Below, one piece after another: positions 29,733 to 39,217 of a stretch of 64,000 bases of DNA. Under the pieces are notes generated by a model. The model had not been told where the DNA came from. It did not search any database and saw only the letters and a program-made list of their open reading frames with translations. The stretch comes from a virus (taxonomy: Duplodnaviria; Caudoviricetes), in the IMG/VR virus record IMGVR_UViG_3300014059_000970, positions 32,001 to 96,000 of that record; one strand, given 5' to 3'. The translations under genes were made by a program, and so were the position numbers. Each line of letters begins with the position of its first letter. Position 1 is the stretch's first letter.

Positions 29733-30784
29733 AGAGACTCTATATGGATTAGGACTTCCTTTACAAAAAGTTCTGCATTGAGCCAAGTTTTATCCATGTT
29801 TTTAAGATATTCATGAGCTTCTTCGGCTCGTTCAGCTAGGGCTGGAATTTCTGACGGTTCTGTAAAATACAGTGGATAGTCTTCCCCTAAGTATTCTACA
29901 ACCGCAGGATTTTTATTAATTATGATAGGAGTGTTTCTTACAATACAATCTAAAACGCCATTACTTGCGCTAGCATCAAACACTTCCATAACCACAATAT
30001 TACTAGATAAATAAGAATCGTAATAGCTAGCAGGAATAAACGTCATACTGCTATATCCACCGTATTCTTGTCTAATGGCGGAATAATATTTTCTAACCCT
30101 TTCATCAAATTCCTTAACCCAAACTTTATCTGTCCATAGTCTTAATTTGTGGAATTTTGACAATGGAATTTGGTTAATAAGCTGTGTGTTTCTTAAATAA
30201 TATCCAACTTGGATTAAGGTCTTGTGCTTGTTTCTATTGTATTTTTCTGGAGTCCATTTTAGCTTTGGTACTGCGCATGGATGCTTTAATACTACAATTG
30301 GGCACTTTAGATGTTTTCTTAAGAAGACCGCTAGATGTTCGCTTAAAGCGAAAGCTAATTTTAGATTTTTGGCACTTTCAATAAATTCTGGTTTTTTAAA
30401 GACCAGCTCTAGATTTTCTCTTTGGTTGCCAAAATATGGAATTGTAGGGGGGTGATGAAATACGCCGACCCAAGGTTCTGTATATACTGTTGGATTATCC
30501 TTATAGCAGAAATTTTGTTCAATAAAGTCGTCAAATAAGATTCCTTTACGAGAACTAATAGTTTCGAGATATTTAAAAACATAGGGCCATCCACTACGAT
30601 GAAATCCTACGCCGATTGCGTCTTCACAATCTCTAACTAATTTTATTGATTTATATTTATGACTTCCTGTTCCACTTCCACTACCGCCTGGACAGCATCC
30701 ATTTTTAAGCCTACATATTAGTTTAGCTAGAAAAGTCATGTTAACTTTCTCAATATTTTGAATGTATATATTAATATCTCTCAT
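29729..30784 (-). CDS. hypothetical protein, GT-B-like C-terminus
   Basis: HRSGW, PWVGVFHHP, YDSYLSSNIV..DASASNGVLDCIVRNTP..VVEYLGEDYPL. Confidence 0.65.
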   Translation of the reverse strand: MRDINIYIQNIEKVNMTFLAKLICRLKNGCCPGGSGSGTGSHKYKSIKLVRDCEDAIGVGFHRSGWPYVFKYLETISSRKGILFDDFIEQNFCYKDNPTVYTEPWVGVFHHPPTIPYFGNQRENLELVFKKPEFIESAKNLKLAFALSEHLAVFLRKHLKCPIVVLKHPCAVPKLKWTPEKYNRNKHKTLIQVGYYLRNTQLINQIPLSKFHKLRLWTDKVWVKEFDERVRKYYSAIRQEYGGYSSMTFIPASYYDSYLSSNIVVMEVFDASASNGVLDCIVRNTPIIINKNPAVVEYLGEDYPLYFTEPSEIPALAERAEEAHEYLKNMDKTWLNAELFVKEVLIHIESL

Positions 30785-30811
30785 ACTATTATGTACACTC
30801 TTTTTGAGTTA

Positions 30812-33262
30812 TTAACAGGCGGAATATCCACAATCTTTACATGATTTACATCCATCTATTCTAACTAACCTACCAGAACACTCTGGACATTCTTCTCCCT
30901 TTACTTCTGTATCATCAGTTATATATTTTTTCAAAGCCCTAGCAATGCTCTTTGAGAACGATTGAAGGTCGCCCTTTGACTTTTCTAATTGATGAACTAT
31001 AAATTCTACAGATGTGCCATGTCTTAATCCAGCACTAATAAGTCTGGTCGTAGTATCTTCTTCGTCGGTGGTAAATGCGCCAATTGGTGACAGTTCTGTT
31101 TCGTCATCAAATTCGGCCTTATACTTACCTCTGCCCCTTTTAACAATTTTGCCCTTCTTAACTTTCTTGTCTACAACGCCATTTCTACCAGCAAAAACTT
31201 CATAGGGCTGGCCTTCATAAAGTCCCACAAGAACGAAGTAGTCTTTGCCTTGAACCTTAATATGATAAACGTCGCACTCTAATTCTTTTGGTCTTTTCGG
31301 TGCGTCTGTTTTTTGTATACCAGTTACTTTAGTTGACTTACTAGAAAGTACGGCGGTCATCGTTCCTTCGCGGTATGTTGTAACTCCCTTAACTCCACTT
31401 TTCCAAGCCTTGGTATAAACATCCTTGAAGTCTTCATATGGATAGTCGGCTGGGAAATTTAAGGTCTTACTAATGGCCGAATCAATATACTTTGCAAAAA
31501 TAGACAAGGTAGAAATATGGGCGTCTACTCCTAAATTCATAGCAACCGTTGCCCATTCAGCATTTTCATCCCATTGGCCCGATTTCTTTAGTTCTGTAAT
31601 ACCATAGTCTTCTACCCATTCTTCTTTAGTTAGGCCACGATTGCGGTCAATCTTATAGATAGAACCGTTAAATTCTTTAATTAGAATATCTTCGTCACCC
31701 TCTTTTACCCACTTCCAATCTTGGCGTGATGTATATTGTTTATTTGTCCAATCAATTCCGCTTGGTATTTCTAGACCTTCTGGTGAATGGTCTACAATAA
31801 ATGTCCTATAGTACCCCTTATCAAAGATAGGCTCACAACCAGATGAGATTAGGTTAGCAAATACGGAAGTGTTACCGGTCGGCTGAATAGAACTAACATG
31901 GGAATTGCGCATACCAAAAGACTTAATAAGGTTGCGAGTCTCCCAACTTAAAATCTTAACAAATTGTCCGGCAAGATACTTTTCTTCGTCATATTCTGGA
32001 AACGAACCCTTTTCTTTAGCTAGTTTAGCAGACGCCGAATATTCTCTATTTGTCTTAAACTTCATTAGGTCTTCTGTTAACTCTAGAGCTTTTTCAGAAC
32101 CATAGCCGACCCTCATCATCATTAAAGCAGAAGCATATCCAACAACGCCAAGACCAATTCTGCGCTTCTTAAGCATTGTTTCTTTTTGCTCTGTCAGCGG
32201 TACGTTGGTTACATCATTAACATTATCTAGAAATCTAACGGCTACATCAATATATTCGCCCAACTTATCATAGTCCCAATTATCACCTTTTACGAACTGG
32301 GCCAGATTAAGAGAGCCTAATAAACATACGCCATGCTTTGGTAAAATCTGTTCGCCACAAGGATTAGTGGCGTTAATGAATTCTGTATACCATAAGTTGT
32401 TCATCCTATTCATCGTGTCAACAAATAGAACGCCCGGCTCATTTCTTACATAAGTGCGATGAGTGATAAGTTCCCAAAGATAGCGGGCCTTAACTTTTTT
32501 ATAGACAACTACTTCATAGTCTTCTTCCCACTTATCTAGATTTCCGTCCCAATACAATTTGTATTCTTCTGGATATTTTTTATAATCTGGATAGACCAAA
32601 CGCCAGTCTGTGTCTTTTTCTACAGCTTCCATAAATCTGTCATTAATAAGCACAGACATATTGAATTTAGATAGTTTACCGGCAGTTTCCTTAACGGTAA
32701 TAAATTCTTCAACATCTGGATGCCAAATTGACATCGTAACCATTTGGGCACCTTTGCGAATAAAAGCCTTTTCTCCTTTACCAGACTTATTTCCACTTCC
32801 AGCCGTTATAATTTCAGATGATTTATCCCATAGTTCTAGAAACTTAACAGCGCCTGGAGATTGGTTAGCAATACCGGCAATATTTGCGCCCCTTGGTCGC
32901 ATAACATCAGCACAGAACCCGTATCCACCTTCTGACTGTAAAGTTTTAGCTTGTCTAAAAACTGCATTATATATTCCCTCTATAGAATCTTGGTCCTCGC
33001 CGGTAAAACCGTCTACATAACAATTAAGAAGAGTGGTTCCTTTTAGTCCACGACCAGCATTAGATAGAACCCTTCCACCTGGAATGAATTTAAAACCTTC
33101 TAAAAGATTATAGAATTTCTCTGTCCAAAATTCCTTATCTTTTTCTGGTTCTGCTATCGCCCTAGCAACAACCCTAAATGTATCATCAACTGTCTCTTCA
33201 CCTTCAAATTTATACTTACTTGCCCATTGGGACTTGCTAAACTCATTTGTAAATGCTGTCAT
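30812..33262 (-). CDS. nrdJ: class II (B12-dependent) ribonucleotide reductase with TSCPD-like and zinc-ribbon C-terminus
   Basis: PGGRVL, TNPCGEQ, CLLGSLNL, QPTG, KGVTTYREG, C-terminal CPEC..C..C; no NrdB in window. Confidence 0.9.
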   Translation of the reverse strand: MTAFTNEFSKSQWASKYKFEGEETVDDTFRVVARAIAEPEKDKEFWTEKFYNLLEGFKFIPGGRVLSNAGRGLKGTTLLNCYVDGFTGEDQDSIEGIYNAVFRQAKTLQSEGGYGFCADVMRPRGANIAGIANQSPGAVKFLELWDKSSEIITAGSGNKSGKGEKAFIRKGAQMVTMSIWHPDVEEFITVKETAGKLSKFNMSVLINDRFMEAVEKDTDWRLVYPDYKKYPEEYKLYWDGNLDKWEEDYEVVVYKKVKARYLWELITHRTYVRNEPGVLFVDTMNRMNNLWYTEFINATNPCGEQILPKHGVCLLGSLNLAQFVKGDNWDYDKLGEYIDVAVRFLDNVNDVTNVPLTEQKETMLKKRRIGLGVVGYASALMMMRVGYGSEKALELTEDLMKFKTNREYSASAKLAKEKGSFPEYDEEKYLAGQFVKILSWETRNLIKSFGMRNSHVSSIQPTGNTSVFANLISSGCEPIFDKGYYRTFIVDHSPEGLEIPSGIDWTNKQYTSRQDWKWVKEGDEDILIKEFNGSIYKIDRNRGLTKEEWVEDYGITELKKSGQWDENAEWATVAMNLGVDAHISTLSIFAKYIDSAISKTLNFPADYPYEDFKDVYTKAWKSGVKGVTTYREGTMTAVLSSKSTKVTGIQKTDAPKRPKELECDVYHIKVQGKDYFVLVGLYEGQPYEVFAGRNGVVDKKVKKGKIVKRGRGKYKAEFDDETELSPIGAFTTDEEDTTTRLISAGLRHGTSVEFIVHQLEKSKGDLQSFSKSIARALKKYITDDTEVKGEECPECSGRLVRIDGCKSCKDCGYSAC

Positions 33263-33537
33263 TAATCTTCCAGTTTATTCTTCTTTCTTATCTTTTGGAT
33301 GTGATTTTCAACTTCTTTCAAACCTTCCGTGATTTCTTTATCAGTAGCGGCCGGCTCTACTTTCTTCTTTTTCTTCTTTAATCTGCCACTATTTCTGTTG
33401 TAGTAGCTTTCTAAATCTTCTGCTCTGTTTGTAACAAATGACCTAGTTTTTCCAGTTGGATTGCCCTGTGCGTCCCTAACTTGGATAACTAATTCAAATT
33501 GATGTTCTTGCTTTTGGTCTGAACCGATGTTTATCAT
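33262..33537 (-). CDS. hypothetical protein
   Basis: ATG 33537 with GAGGA RBS; Lys-rich. Confidence 0.65.
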   Translation of the reverse strand: MINIGSDQKQEHQFELVIQVRDAQGNPTGKTRSFVTNRAEDLESYYNRNSGRLKKKKKKVEPAATDKEITEGLKEVENHIQKIRKKNKLED

Positions 33538-33740
33538 TTTGTCCTCGTACTGTGATTTAAAAAAGGTATGCGATAATGATTGCACTAGAAATGTGTGTTA
33601 AACAAAAATAATTGTCGTTGTTTCTTTAATAATAAGTGCCAGATTGTGTTGCTCCAAGAACATACCTTTTAGCGGAAGTGGACGATGCCATTACTCGCTT
33701 CTTTAATCTTGGTTGTACTAATATATACACTTTGGGAGCG

Positions 33741-34316
33741 TTAACAACTTTTGATTTTCTTAATTTTTTCTAGAGTTTCCTCGTCTGGCTCTATACATAC
33801 AACTTTTACATTTTTCATAAGGTGTGACAGTATCTCGAATTGCGTGTCGTACTCTAAATTTTTAGTCATTTCTGCTTTATTTGCATTTAAGAAGTATATT
33901 TCAGATATGCCGGCTTGATACATGTATTGTAGACAAGAACAGCATGGTGGTCCGGTAATATATGCCTTTGCTCCATTACAAGATATGCCGTTTTTGGCAC
34001 AGTTTAATATGGCGTTGTGTTCGCTGTGAATCATAAACGGGTATTTGTCCGGCCTTAAATTAGGTAATACGTCGTCGTCTATGTTTCTGATAAAACTATT
34101 ATATCCCGTTCCTATTATTGTTTTATCTCTAACTAAAATGCATCCACATTTAGTCTGCGCGTCTAAACTTCTATTAGATACAAGGTATGCTTGTAATATA
34201 AAATCTATGTCCCAACTATTCCTACTTACTTTTGTTCTTGAATTTGCCCACTGAAATATTTGTGTCTTGGCATTTTCAGATAGTTCTTCTGTACTCCATA
34301 GTTCTGAGTTCACCAT
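33741..34316 (-). CDS. dCMP deaminase
   Basis: RSLD..TKCGC, GYN, HSEHNAI, PCCSC. Confidence 0.92.
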   Translation of the reverse strand: MVNSELWSTEELSENAKTQIFQWANSRTKVSRNSWDIDFILQAYLVSNRSLDAQTKCGCILVRDKTIIGTGYNSFIRNIDDDVLPNLRPDKYPFMIHSEHNAILNCAKNGISCNGAKAYITGPPCCSCLQYMYQAGISEIYFLNANKAEMTKNLEYDTQFEILSHLMKNVKVVCIEPDEETLEKIKKIKSC

Positions 34317-34629
34317 AACTTTGTTCAAAATCCTGTATTGTTAAATCCTTACCAGTAGCCCTTACGGCTTCGTAGTATTGTTGTCCTTCTTTCCAATATT
34401 TAATCCAACCCAATTGTTGTCTAATCTTTCTCTTTAGAAGTTTTTCTTCTCTTGGTGTTGGGTGATGTGCAACTACAACGGCCTCTTCTGGTTTGGCCTT
34501 GCACTTTTGTATAGCAGAAATAATCGTAGACACCAGCGTTATAATAAGCATTATAGTCGCTGGGTCCACGAAAACTTTTTGTTCTTTTACAAGTTTATCT
34601 TGTACTTTTTGGGCAATGTCTTCAATCAT
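34276..34629 (-). CDS. hypothetical membrane-associated protein (paralog of 34629-34958)
   Basis: Hydrophobic helix, then C-K..PE..A...PT...L...LG..K...G..YY.AV..G shared motif. Confidence 0.7.
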   Translation of the reverse strand: MIEDIAQKVQDKLVKEQKVFVDPATIMLIITLVSTIISAIQKCKAKPEEAVVVAHHPTPREEKLLKRKIRQQLGWIKYWKEGQQYYEAVRATGKDLTIQDFEQSYGELRTMEYRRTI

Positions 34630-34958
34630 TACTTTGCTTGGTATGCTTCTTGGACATCGTTGACATTTGCGCCGTAACCAGCCTTTAGTACGGCATCATA
34701 ATATTCGCCACCGTCTTTTCTGTTCTTCCAGAAACCTAGCTCATTACGAACAGCCTTCCTAAGCACAACCTTTTGTACTCTTGTTGGGTTGTTTACATCA
34801 AGTGTTGCTTGTTCTGGTGTCTTCTTGCATTCCTTTAGGGCATTTACTATTTGCATAACAATTGCCATAATTTGTTGAATTGTTTCTTCATTTAGTTCAA
34901 ACTTTACAGTTGAAGACTTCTTTAGGTTGTCAACTGCCTTTTGTACTATGCTTAACAT
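34629..34958 (-). CDS. hypothetical protein (paralog of 34276-34629)
   Basis: Same shared motif. Confidence 0.7.
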   Translation of the reverse strand: MLSIVQKAVDNLKKSSTVKFELNEETIQQIMAIVMQIVNALKECKKTPEQATLDVNNPTRVQKVVLRKAVRNELGFWKNRKDGGEYYDAVLKAGYGANVNDVQEAYQAK

Positions 34959-34962
34959 TTTA

Positions 34963-35607
34963 TTATTCTCCGGTTGGGGTAAATAGGTATTGAATTCTAG
35001 GACTTAAAGCGATATGTCCAGGCTCTGTAGCCTCGTCGCTCTTATTATTAAGTAAATCAAAATTATTCATATTAAATGAATAGGCAACTGCGGTACTACA
35101 AACAGGATAAACTATTGCCCCTAATTTATCATTCATTAAATGCTCTTTAGACATAAATCTAAAAAACACTAATTTTTGTTTAATCATCCACCAAATTCGC
35201 TTCCATCCATAAGGCAATCCGGTCATCTTTCTCATTATACGGGTAACTGACTTGCCAACAAAGTCTTTTTGGTAAATATTAACTTCTTTTGTCTCTGGAT
35301 TAAATATCATAGTAGTAAAACTAGGAATTGGACGATAAATGTCTATTAGTCCAGAATGTTTAGAAACCTCAACTTCTAAATTAACAGTTCTGCCTCCATA
35401 ACCTTCCCTAAATTCAACGCATTCTAATATTCCCTCATCAGTATTAGCGTCTCCATTAGACCAAGAAGCAATTGCAACATGTGAATAAGAACTATCAGAT
35501 TGTGACGATATAATTCTAGAAACCCATCCTTGTCCTCTAAATAGTAAAACGTCTCCTTCGTTTATGAATTTTTTAATTTCCTTGTACGGGAGGAATTGTT
35601 TTTCCAT
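34963..35607 (-). CDS. permuted papain-like NlpC/P60 protein (YiiX/YebB-like)
   Basis: GDVLLFRG..YSHVAI...Y...VCSTAVAY...P. Confidence 0.8.
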   Translation of the reverse strand: MEKQFLPYKEIKKFINEGDVLLFRGQGWVSRIISSQSDSSYSHVAIASWSNGDANTDEGILECVEFREGYGGRTVNLEVEVSKHSGLIDIYRPIPSFTTMIFNPETKEVNIYQKDFVGKSVTRIMRKMTGLPYGWKRIWWMIKQKLVFFRFMSKEHLMNDKLGAIVYPVCSTAVAYSFNMNNFDLLNNKSDEATEPGHIALSPRIQYLFTPTGE

Positions 35608-35941
35608 TTTGTAGTTGATTCACTTGTACTTCTAGTTGGTTAATCGTTTTTTGCTGAAATGAATTTTCTAATTCTATTGGAGCTAATGTTAGTTTATTAT
35701 GATAAAGCATAGCAGAAACAGCAACACAGGCCACTCCGACCCATGCTGCTATTGTTGCCCAGTCTGTTTTATTTAAAGTATTGGATTTTTCTGTGAAAGT
35801 ATTAAATGATATTATCAGTCCGCCAACATCGTCCTTGATGTTTTCAAGTTTTGTATCAATACTAACTACTTCGTTTTCTAAATCATTTAATCTACTATCA
35901 ACATTCCGGTTATTGTTATGCGGTCTTACCATTGTAGTCAT
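35573..35941 (-). CDS. coiled-coil plus single TM protein (holin-like candidate)
   Basis: N-terminal coiled coil; TM WATIAAWVGVACVAVSAML. Confidence 0.55.
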   Translation of the reverse strand: MTTMVRPHNNNRNVDSRLNDLENEVVSIDTKLENIKDDVGGLIISFNTFTEKSNTLNKTDWATIAAWVGVACVAVSAMLYHNKLTLAPIELENSFQQKTINQLEVQVNQLQNGKTIPPVQGN

Positions 35942-36758
35942 TTAGGCTACCAGAAGGACCACCGTAGCGATAAACAAATTCGCCCTTCAAACCGTAGTTT
36001 GTTGAACTGTTTTGAGTTACTTCATCAGTGCCCCATCCAGCGAAATCATTTGATTGTGTTGGAGGTGTGCTAAACTTACCACTTGCTAGAACAAGATTAC
36101 CTGCCCTAATTGCAGTTGCTACCTTTTGTGTACGAACAGCCTTAACACTGTGTACCTTTGAACGACCATAATCTGAAGATGCTGACATTAGTTTAGTATT
36201 AGCAACTCCGTGAGTTTGTCCAGTTCCCTTCATAAAGATGAAGTTTCTGCGGTCTTGACTTGCCACATCTCCATTTCCATTAGGGCCAGTACGAATTCTG
36301 ATTTCTGTAGCTCCGCCGGTTGCGTCATATACATATGGAGTATTTAACACAAAAGCACTAACATTAGAAATGCCTACAACCCTATGGATACCGTCGTATA
36401 TACCAGTAGTGGCACTTCCTGTAGAAAGGTTTCTAACATAGATTGGGTCTCCGACTACATATCCTCCTGAACTTATATTTATAAGAGCTAGTCCGGCCCA
36501 TTGACCAGTGCCGTTTGTTATTCCAGTAGCTGTTGCAGAAGACGCTGTAACTAGAGAGCCCCAATCAGCTTGTCCTAAATCAACACCAGCAACAACTTTA
36601 GTATTTAGATTACTACCTTGTTGGTATAGTACATTACGAAAGTTTTCGTTTGATGCTGAATTTGACTTCATTGAACCACCATCTACTCTAGTAGATGAAG
36701 CACTAATACTAGTTCCGTTAGCTTGTTTGTATGGTCCGCCAGTGTATAATAAACTCAT
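35916..36758 (-). CDS. putative virion protein (paralog of 36773-37567)
   Basis: G/S/T-rich; shares LYT.GPYKQ.NG, NF..MK, HG.AN.KL, SDYGR, TAIR, KGE..R.GG. Confidence 0.65.
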   Translation of the reverse strand: MSLLYTGGPYKQANGTSISASSTRVDGGSMKSNSASNENFRNVLYQQGSNLNTKVVAGVDLGQADWGSLVTASSATATGITNGTGQWAGLALINISSGGYVVGDPIYVRNLSTGSATTGIYDGIHRVVGISNVSAFVLNTPYVYDATGGATEIRIRTGPNGNGDVASQDRRNFIFMKGTGQTHGVANTKLMSASSDYGRSKVHSVKAVRTQKVATAIRAGNLVLASGKFSTPPTQSNDFAGWGTDEVTQNSSTNYGLKGEFVYRYGGPSGSLNDYNGKTA

Positions 36759-36772
36759 TTATCATTCTCCAA

Positions 36773-37567
36773 TTAATTTGTTTTAGCTCTATAATCAGCA
36801 GATGTTGGATTGGCACCACCAGAACGGAAAGTTAATTCGCCCTTTGTTCCAATCTTTGTTGTACTATCTACTGTTTGGTCGTCTGCGCTTACTGAATCTG
36901 TTACTGTTTGAGGATATCCGCTATCAAATGTTCCGCTATAAATATTGTATTTATCTGTTCTTATAGCTGTCGCTGTTTTGGTTGTTGCAGGAGTTAGGTG
37001 AAAATCGGCAATTTTAGGACGACCGTAATCAGATGCTCCATATGCTAATTTACTATTTGCTTGACCATGTACTGTTGCATCATTCTTCATCATTACGAAG
37101 TTTTCGTCACCTTGGGTAGCAAATGAGCCTCTCTTAATTTTAGAAGCAATAGAAGTAAGAGTAATCATATAGGCAGTAGCTACAATATTTAGAACTACAA
37201 CAGTGGTGCTTGTTACAGATACCACTCTATAATATTGAGTAAAGGCAGAATCTGATGGAAAACCAACCATATCACCAACAACTAATGAATGAGCAGAATT
37301 AAAAGTAACTTGTAAAAGACCATTTGAGGCTGCTGCGAAAGAGTCAGCTACTATGCCGGTTTGAATATCTGCTGGGCCAACGCCGTCAACTCCACCCTTA
37401 ACATCAGGAAATCCAACTTGTCCAGTAAGGTTTTCTACCCTATTTAGGACAACGCCATCTCTAACTTTTTTGGCTGTTCCAAGGTTAACATCTGTTGAAC
37501 TGGCGGTAATTGCTGAACCATTATTTTGCTTATATGGTCCGCTTGTATAAAGTGTGTAATTAGACAT
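36773..37567 (-). CDS. putative virion protein (paralog of 35916-36758)
   Basis: Same motifs; GGTGTATCAAT motif upstream. Confidence 0.65.
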   Translation of the reverse strand: MSNYTLYTSGPYKQNNGSAITASSTDVNLGTAKKVRDGVVLNRVENLTGQVGFPDVKGGVDGVGPADIQTGIVADSFAAASNGLLQVTFNSAHSLVVGDMVGFPSDSAFTQYYRVVSVTSTTVVVLNIVATAYMITLTSIASKIKRGSFATQGDENFVMMKNDATVHGQANSKLAYGASDYGRPKIADFHLTPATTKTATAIRTDKYNIYSGTFDSGYPQTVTDSVSADDQTVDSTTKIGTKGELTFRSGGANPTSADYRAKTN

Positions 37568-37601
37568 TATTTGAGTCCATAGAAAGTGGGTTGATATCTA
37601 C

Positions 37602-38234
37602 TTATTGATACACCAATTGGTATGATTTCAGCCTAACTCCGTATATTTTGGCCTTTTCTATGTCTTCGTATTGGGCTTTTGAACAAGAAATATTATTATA
37701 GATTGTTTTGATTTTCGGATTCTTATTCATTAGCATTTGACACATAATAAGATTATCAGTATGGTCTTCAACAAATTGGCCAGTAGCTGGAATGATATAT
37801 ACGATTCCTAAATTTGATAATATATTGGCCACAGTATAGATGAGTCCATCGTAATACATGCGGTAGTCCAGAACAATGCGTAGTTCCGCTCCCTTTTCAG
37901 CGCATATCTTTTTGTTGGCCTGAACGTCTTCAATAAACTTTTGTTTTTCGCAGTTGTAGAAATAAATAGGGTTGACGACCAAATCTACAAAATTGGCACC
38001 CCTATTAATAGCAGAAATACAGCCGTGCTGGCGCATATAAGTATCGCCTAGACCGGCAGGATAATCTATTGGACATGCAAGTTTTATTGTTTTTGGCAAT
38101 ATTGCGCGAAGTTTACCAAGATAGTAGGGCGGGACAAACAGGCAGTCCATATCCATACGGATAAACTTAAAGGCTAGTTGAGTTATATCTTTTTCTGATA
38201 ATGTCTGGTCGTATAAATTAGCTTCGTTGAACAA
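37602..38234 (-). CDS. DeoC (deoxyribose-phosphate aldolase)-like protein, probably inactive
   Basis: VPPYY, PIDYPAG, GANFVDLV, LRIVLD; YIIPATG where DeoC has FVKTSTG. Confidence 0.75.
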   Translation of the reverse strand: MFNEANLYDQTLSEKDITQLAFKFIRMDMDCLFVPPYYLGKLRAILPKTIKLACPIDYPAGLGDTYMRQHGCISAINRGANFVDLVVNPIYFYNCEKQKFIEDVQANKKICAEKGAELRIVLDYRMYYDGLIYTVANILSNLGIVYIIPATGQFVEDHTDNLIMCQMLMNKNPKIKTIYNNISCSKAQYEDIEKAKIYGVRLKSYQLVYQ

Positions 38235-38862
38235 TTGATGTTAATCCATTAGGGTCTATTATTCTGTCAATAAAGCCGTATTTTAAAGCTTCTTCGGCAG
38301 TTAAATACCAGTCTTCCTTTTCTTTAAAGAATGAGGCCAATTTATTTCTGACGGCCAAAACAGATTTTCCCTTAAAAAATTCGCCGTCTTTACATTTTTC
38401 CGCATAAATATCAAGCATAAGGTCGCGCTGTTTTTTACAGATATAGGCCCAAGACTGTGCTTGTTTATGGGTTCCAGAAGCGTCTTCACTACCTTCGTGA
38501 AACATGAACATACAATTAGGCATAGCAATGCGTTCATCCGCAGCCTGCAAAATAACTGTAGCAATAGACATTACAGAGCCATGACAGAGAATATTAATCG
38601 GCATACTAGACGCAGAAATGGCGTCATATATTAACATTCCGGCGTCAAATTGACCGCCTTGGCTAAATAAATGGATAAGAATTTCGGGCTCTTTTGATAA
38701 TAGGGCCAGGTTTTTGATAAATCTGGTAGCAACCCTAAAATCTATACCGTCTTCACACTCTTCTTTTGTATTGTCGTGTAGGTATATTTGCCCATTGGCG
38801 GTATCTATGCAAAAGTCATGAATTTCTTCAATCAGATTGTTTGTATCGTTTGTTCTTTTCAT
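38218..38862 (-). CDS. clpP: ClpP-family serine protease
   Basis: SQGG..GMLIYD, GSVMSIA, FMFH, DWYLTAEEALKYGFID; triad intact. Confidence 0.9.
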   Translation of the reverse strand: MKRTNDTNNLIEEIHDFCIDTANGQIYLHDNTKEECEDGIDFRVATRFIKNLALLSKEPEILIHLFSQGGQFDAGMLIYDAISASSMPINILCHGSVMSIATVILQAADERIAMPNCMFMFHEGSEDASGTHKQAQSWAYICKKQRDLMLDIYAEKCKDGEFFKGKSVLAVRNKLASFFKEKEDWYLTAEEALKYGFIDRIIDPNGLTSIVQRS

Positions 38863-39217
38863 AGTCTTTTAAGAACTTAATCACTGTATTTGTTACATTT
38901 AGCTTGATTTCCTTTTCGTCAAACCTCAATCCTACCGACATATGAAATCTATATGGGCTGATAACATCAAGAGTTTCTACGCCCAATGTATTATTTATTA
39001 TAAGCGCAACAGCTTGACTAATCTTAAAATTAGTGTGGCCAGTCCATAATCTGTACTTTTTTAGTTGATAAAACGGATTAATCTGTTGTGGAAAGACTTG
39101 GGCTAATTGAAAATTTTCTGCGCCTTCGTCTTCAAATTCGCCACTTTCTTCATATTCATCATTTTCATCTTCTTCGTCAGGAAATTTAAACTTTTCCCAT
39201 CCTATCTCATAATTCAT
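38828..39217 (-). CDS. hypothetical protein
   Basis: Acidic N-terminus; WTGHTNFKI..GVE...SPYRF. Confidence 0.7.
   Translation of the reverse strand: MNYEIGWEKFKFPDEEDENDEYEESGEFEDEGAENFQLAQVFPQQINPFYQLKKYRLWTGHTNFKISQAVALIINNTLGVETLDVISPYRFHMSVGLRFDEKEIKLNVTNTVIKFLKDYEKNKRYKQSD

Noticed and set aside
9724-33262. Inteins or introns in dnaE, dnaB, recA, nrdJ
   Set aside because: Normal lengths, continuous motifs, no splice signatures
33586-33720. Cobalamin riboswitch upstream of nrdJ
   Set aside because: No recognisable B12-box or conserved core
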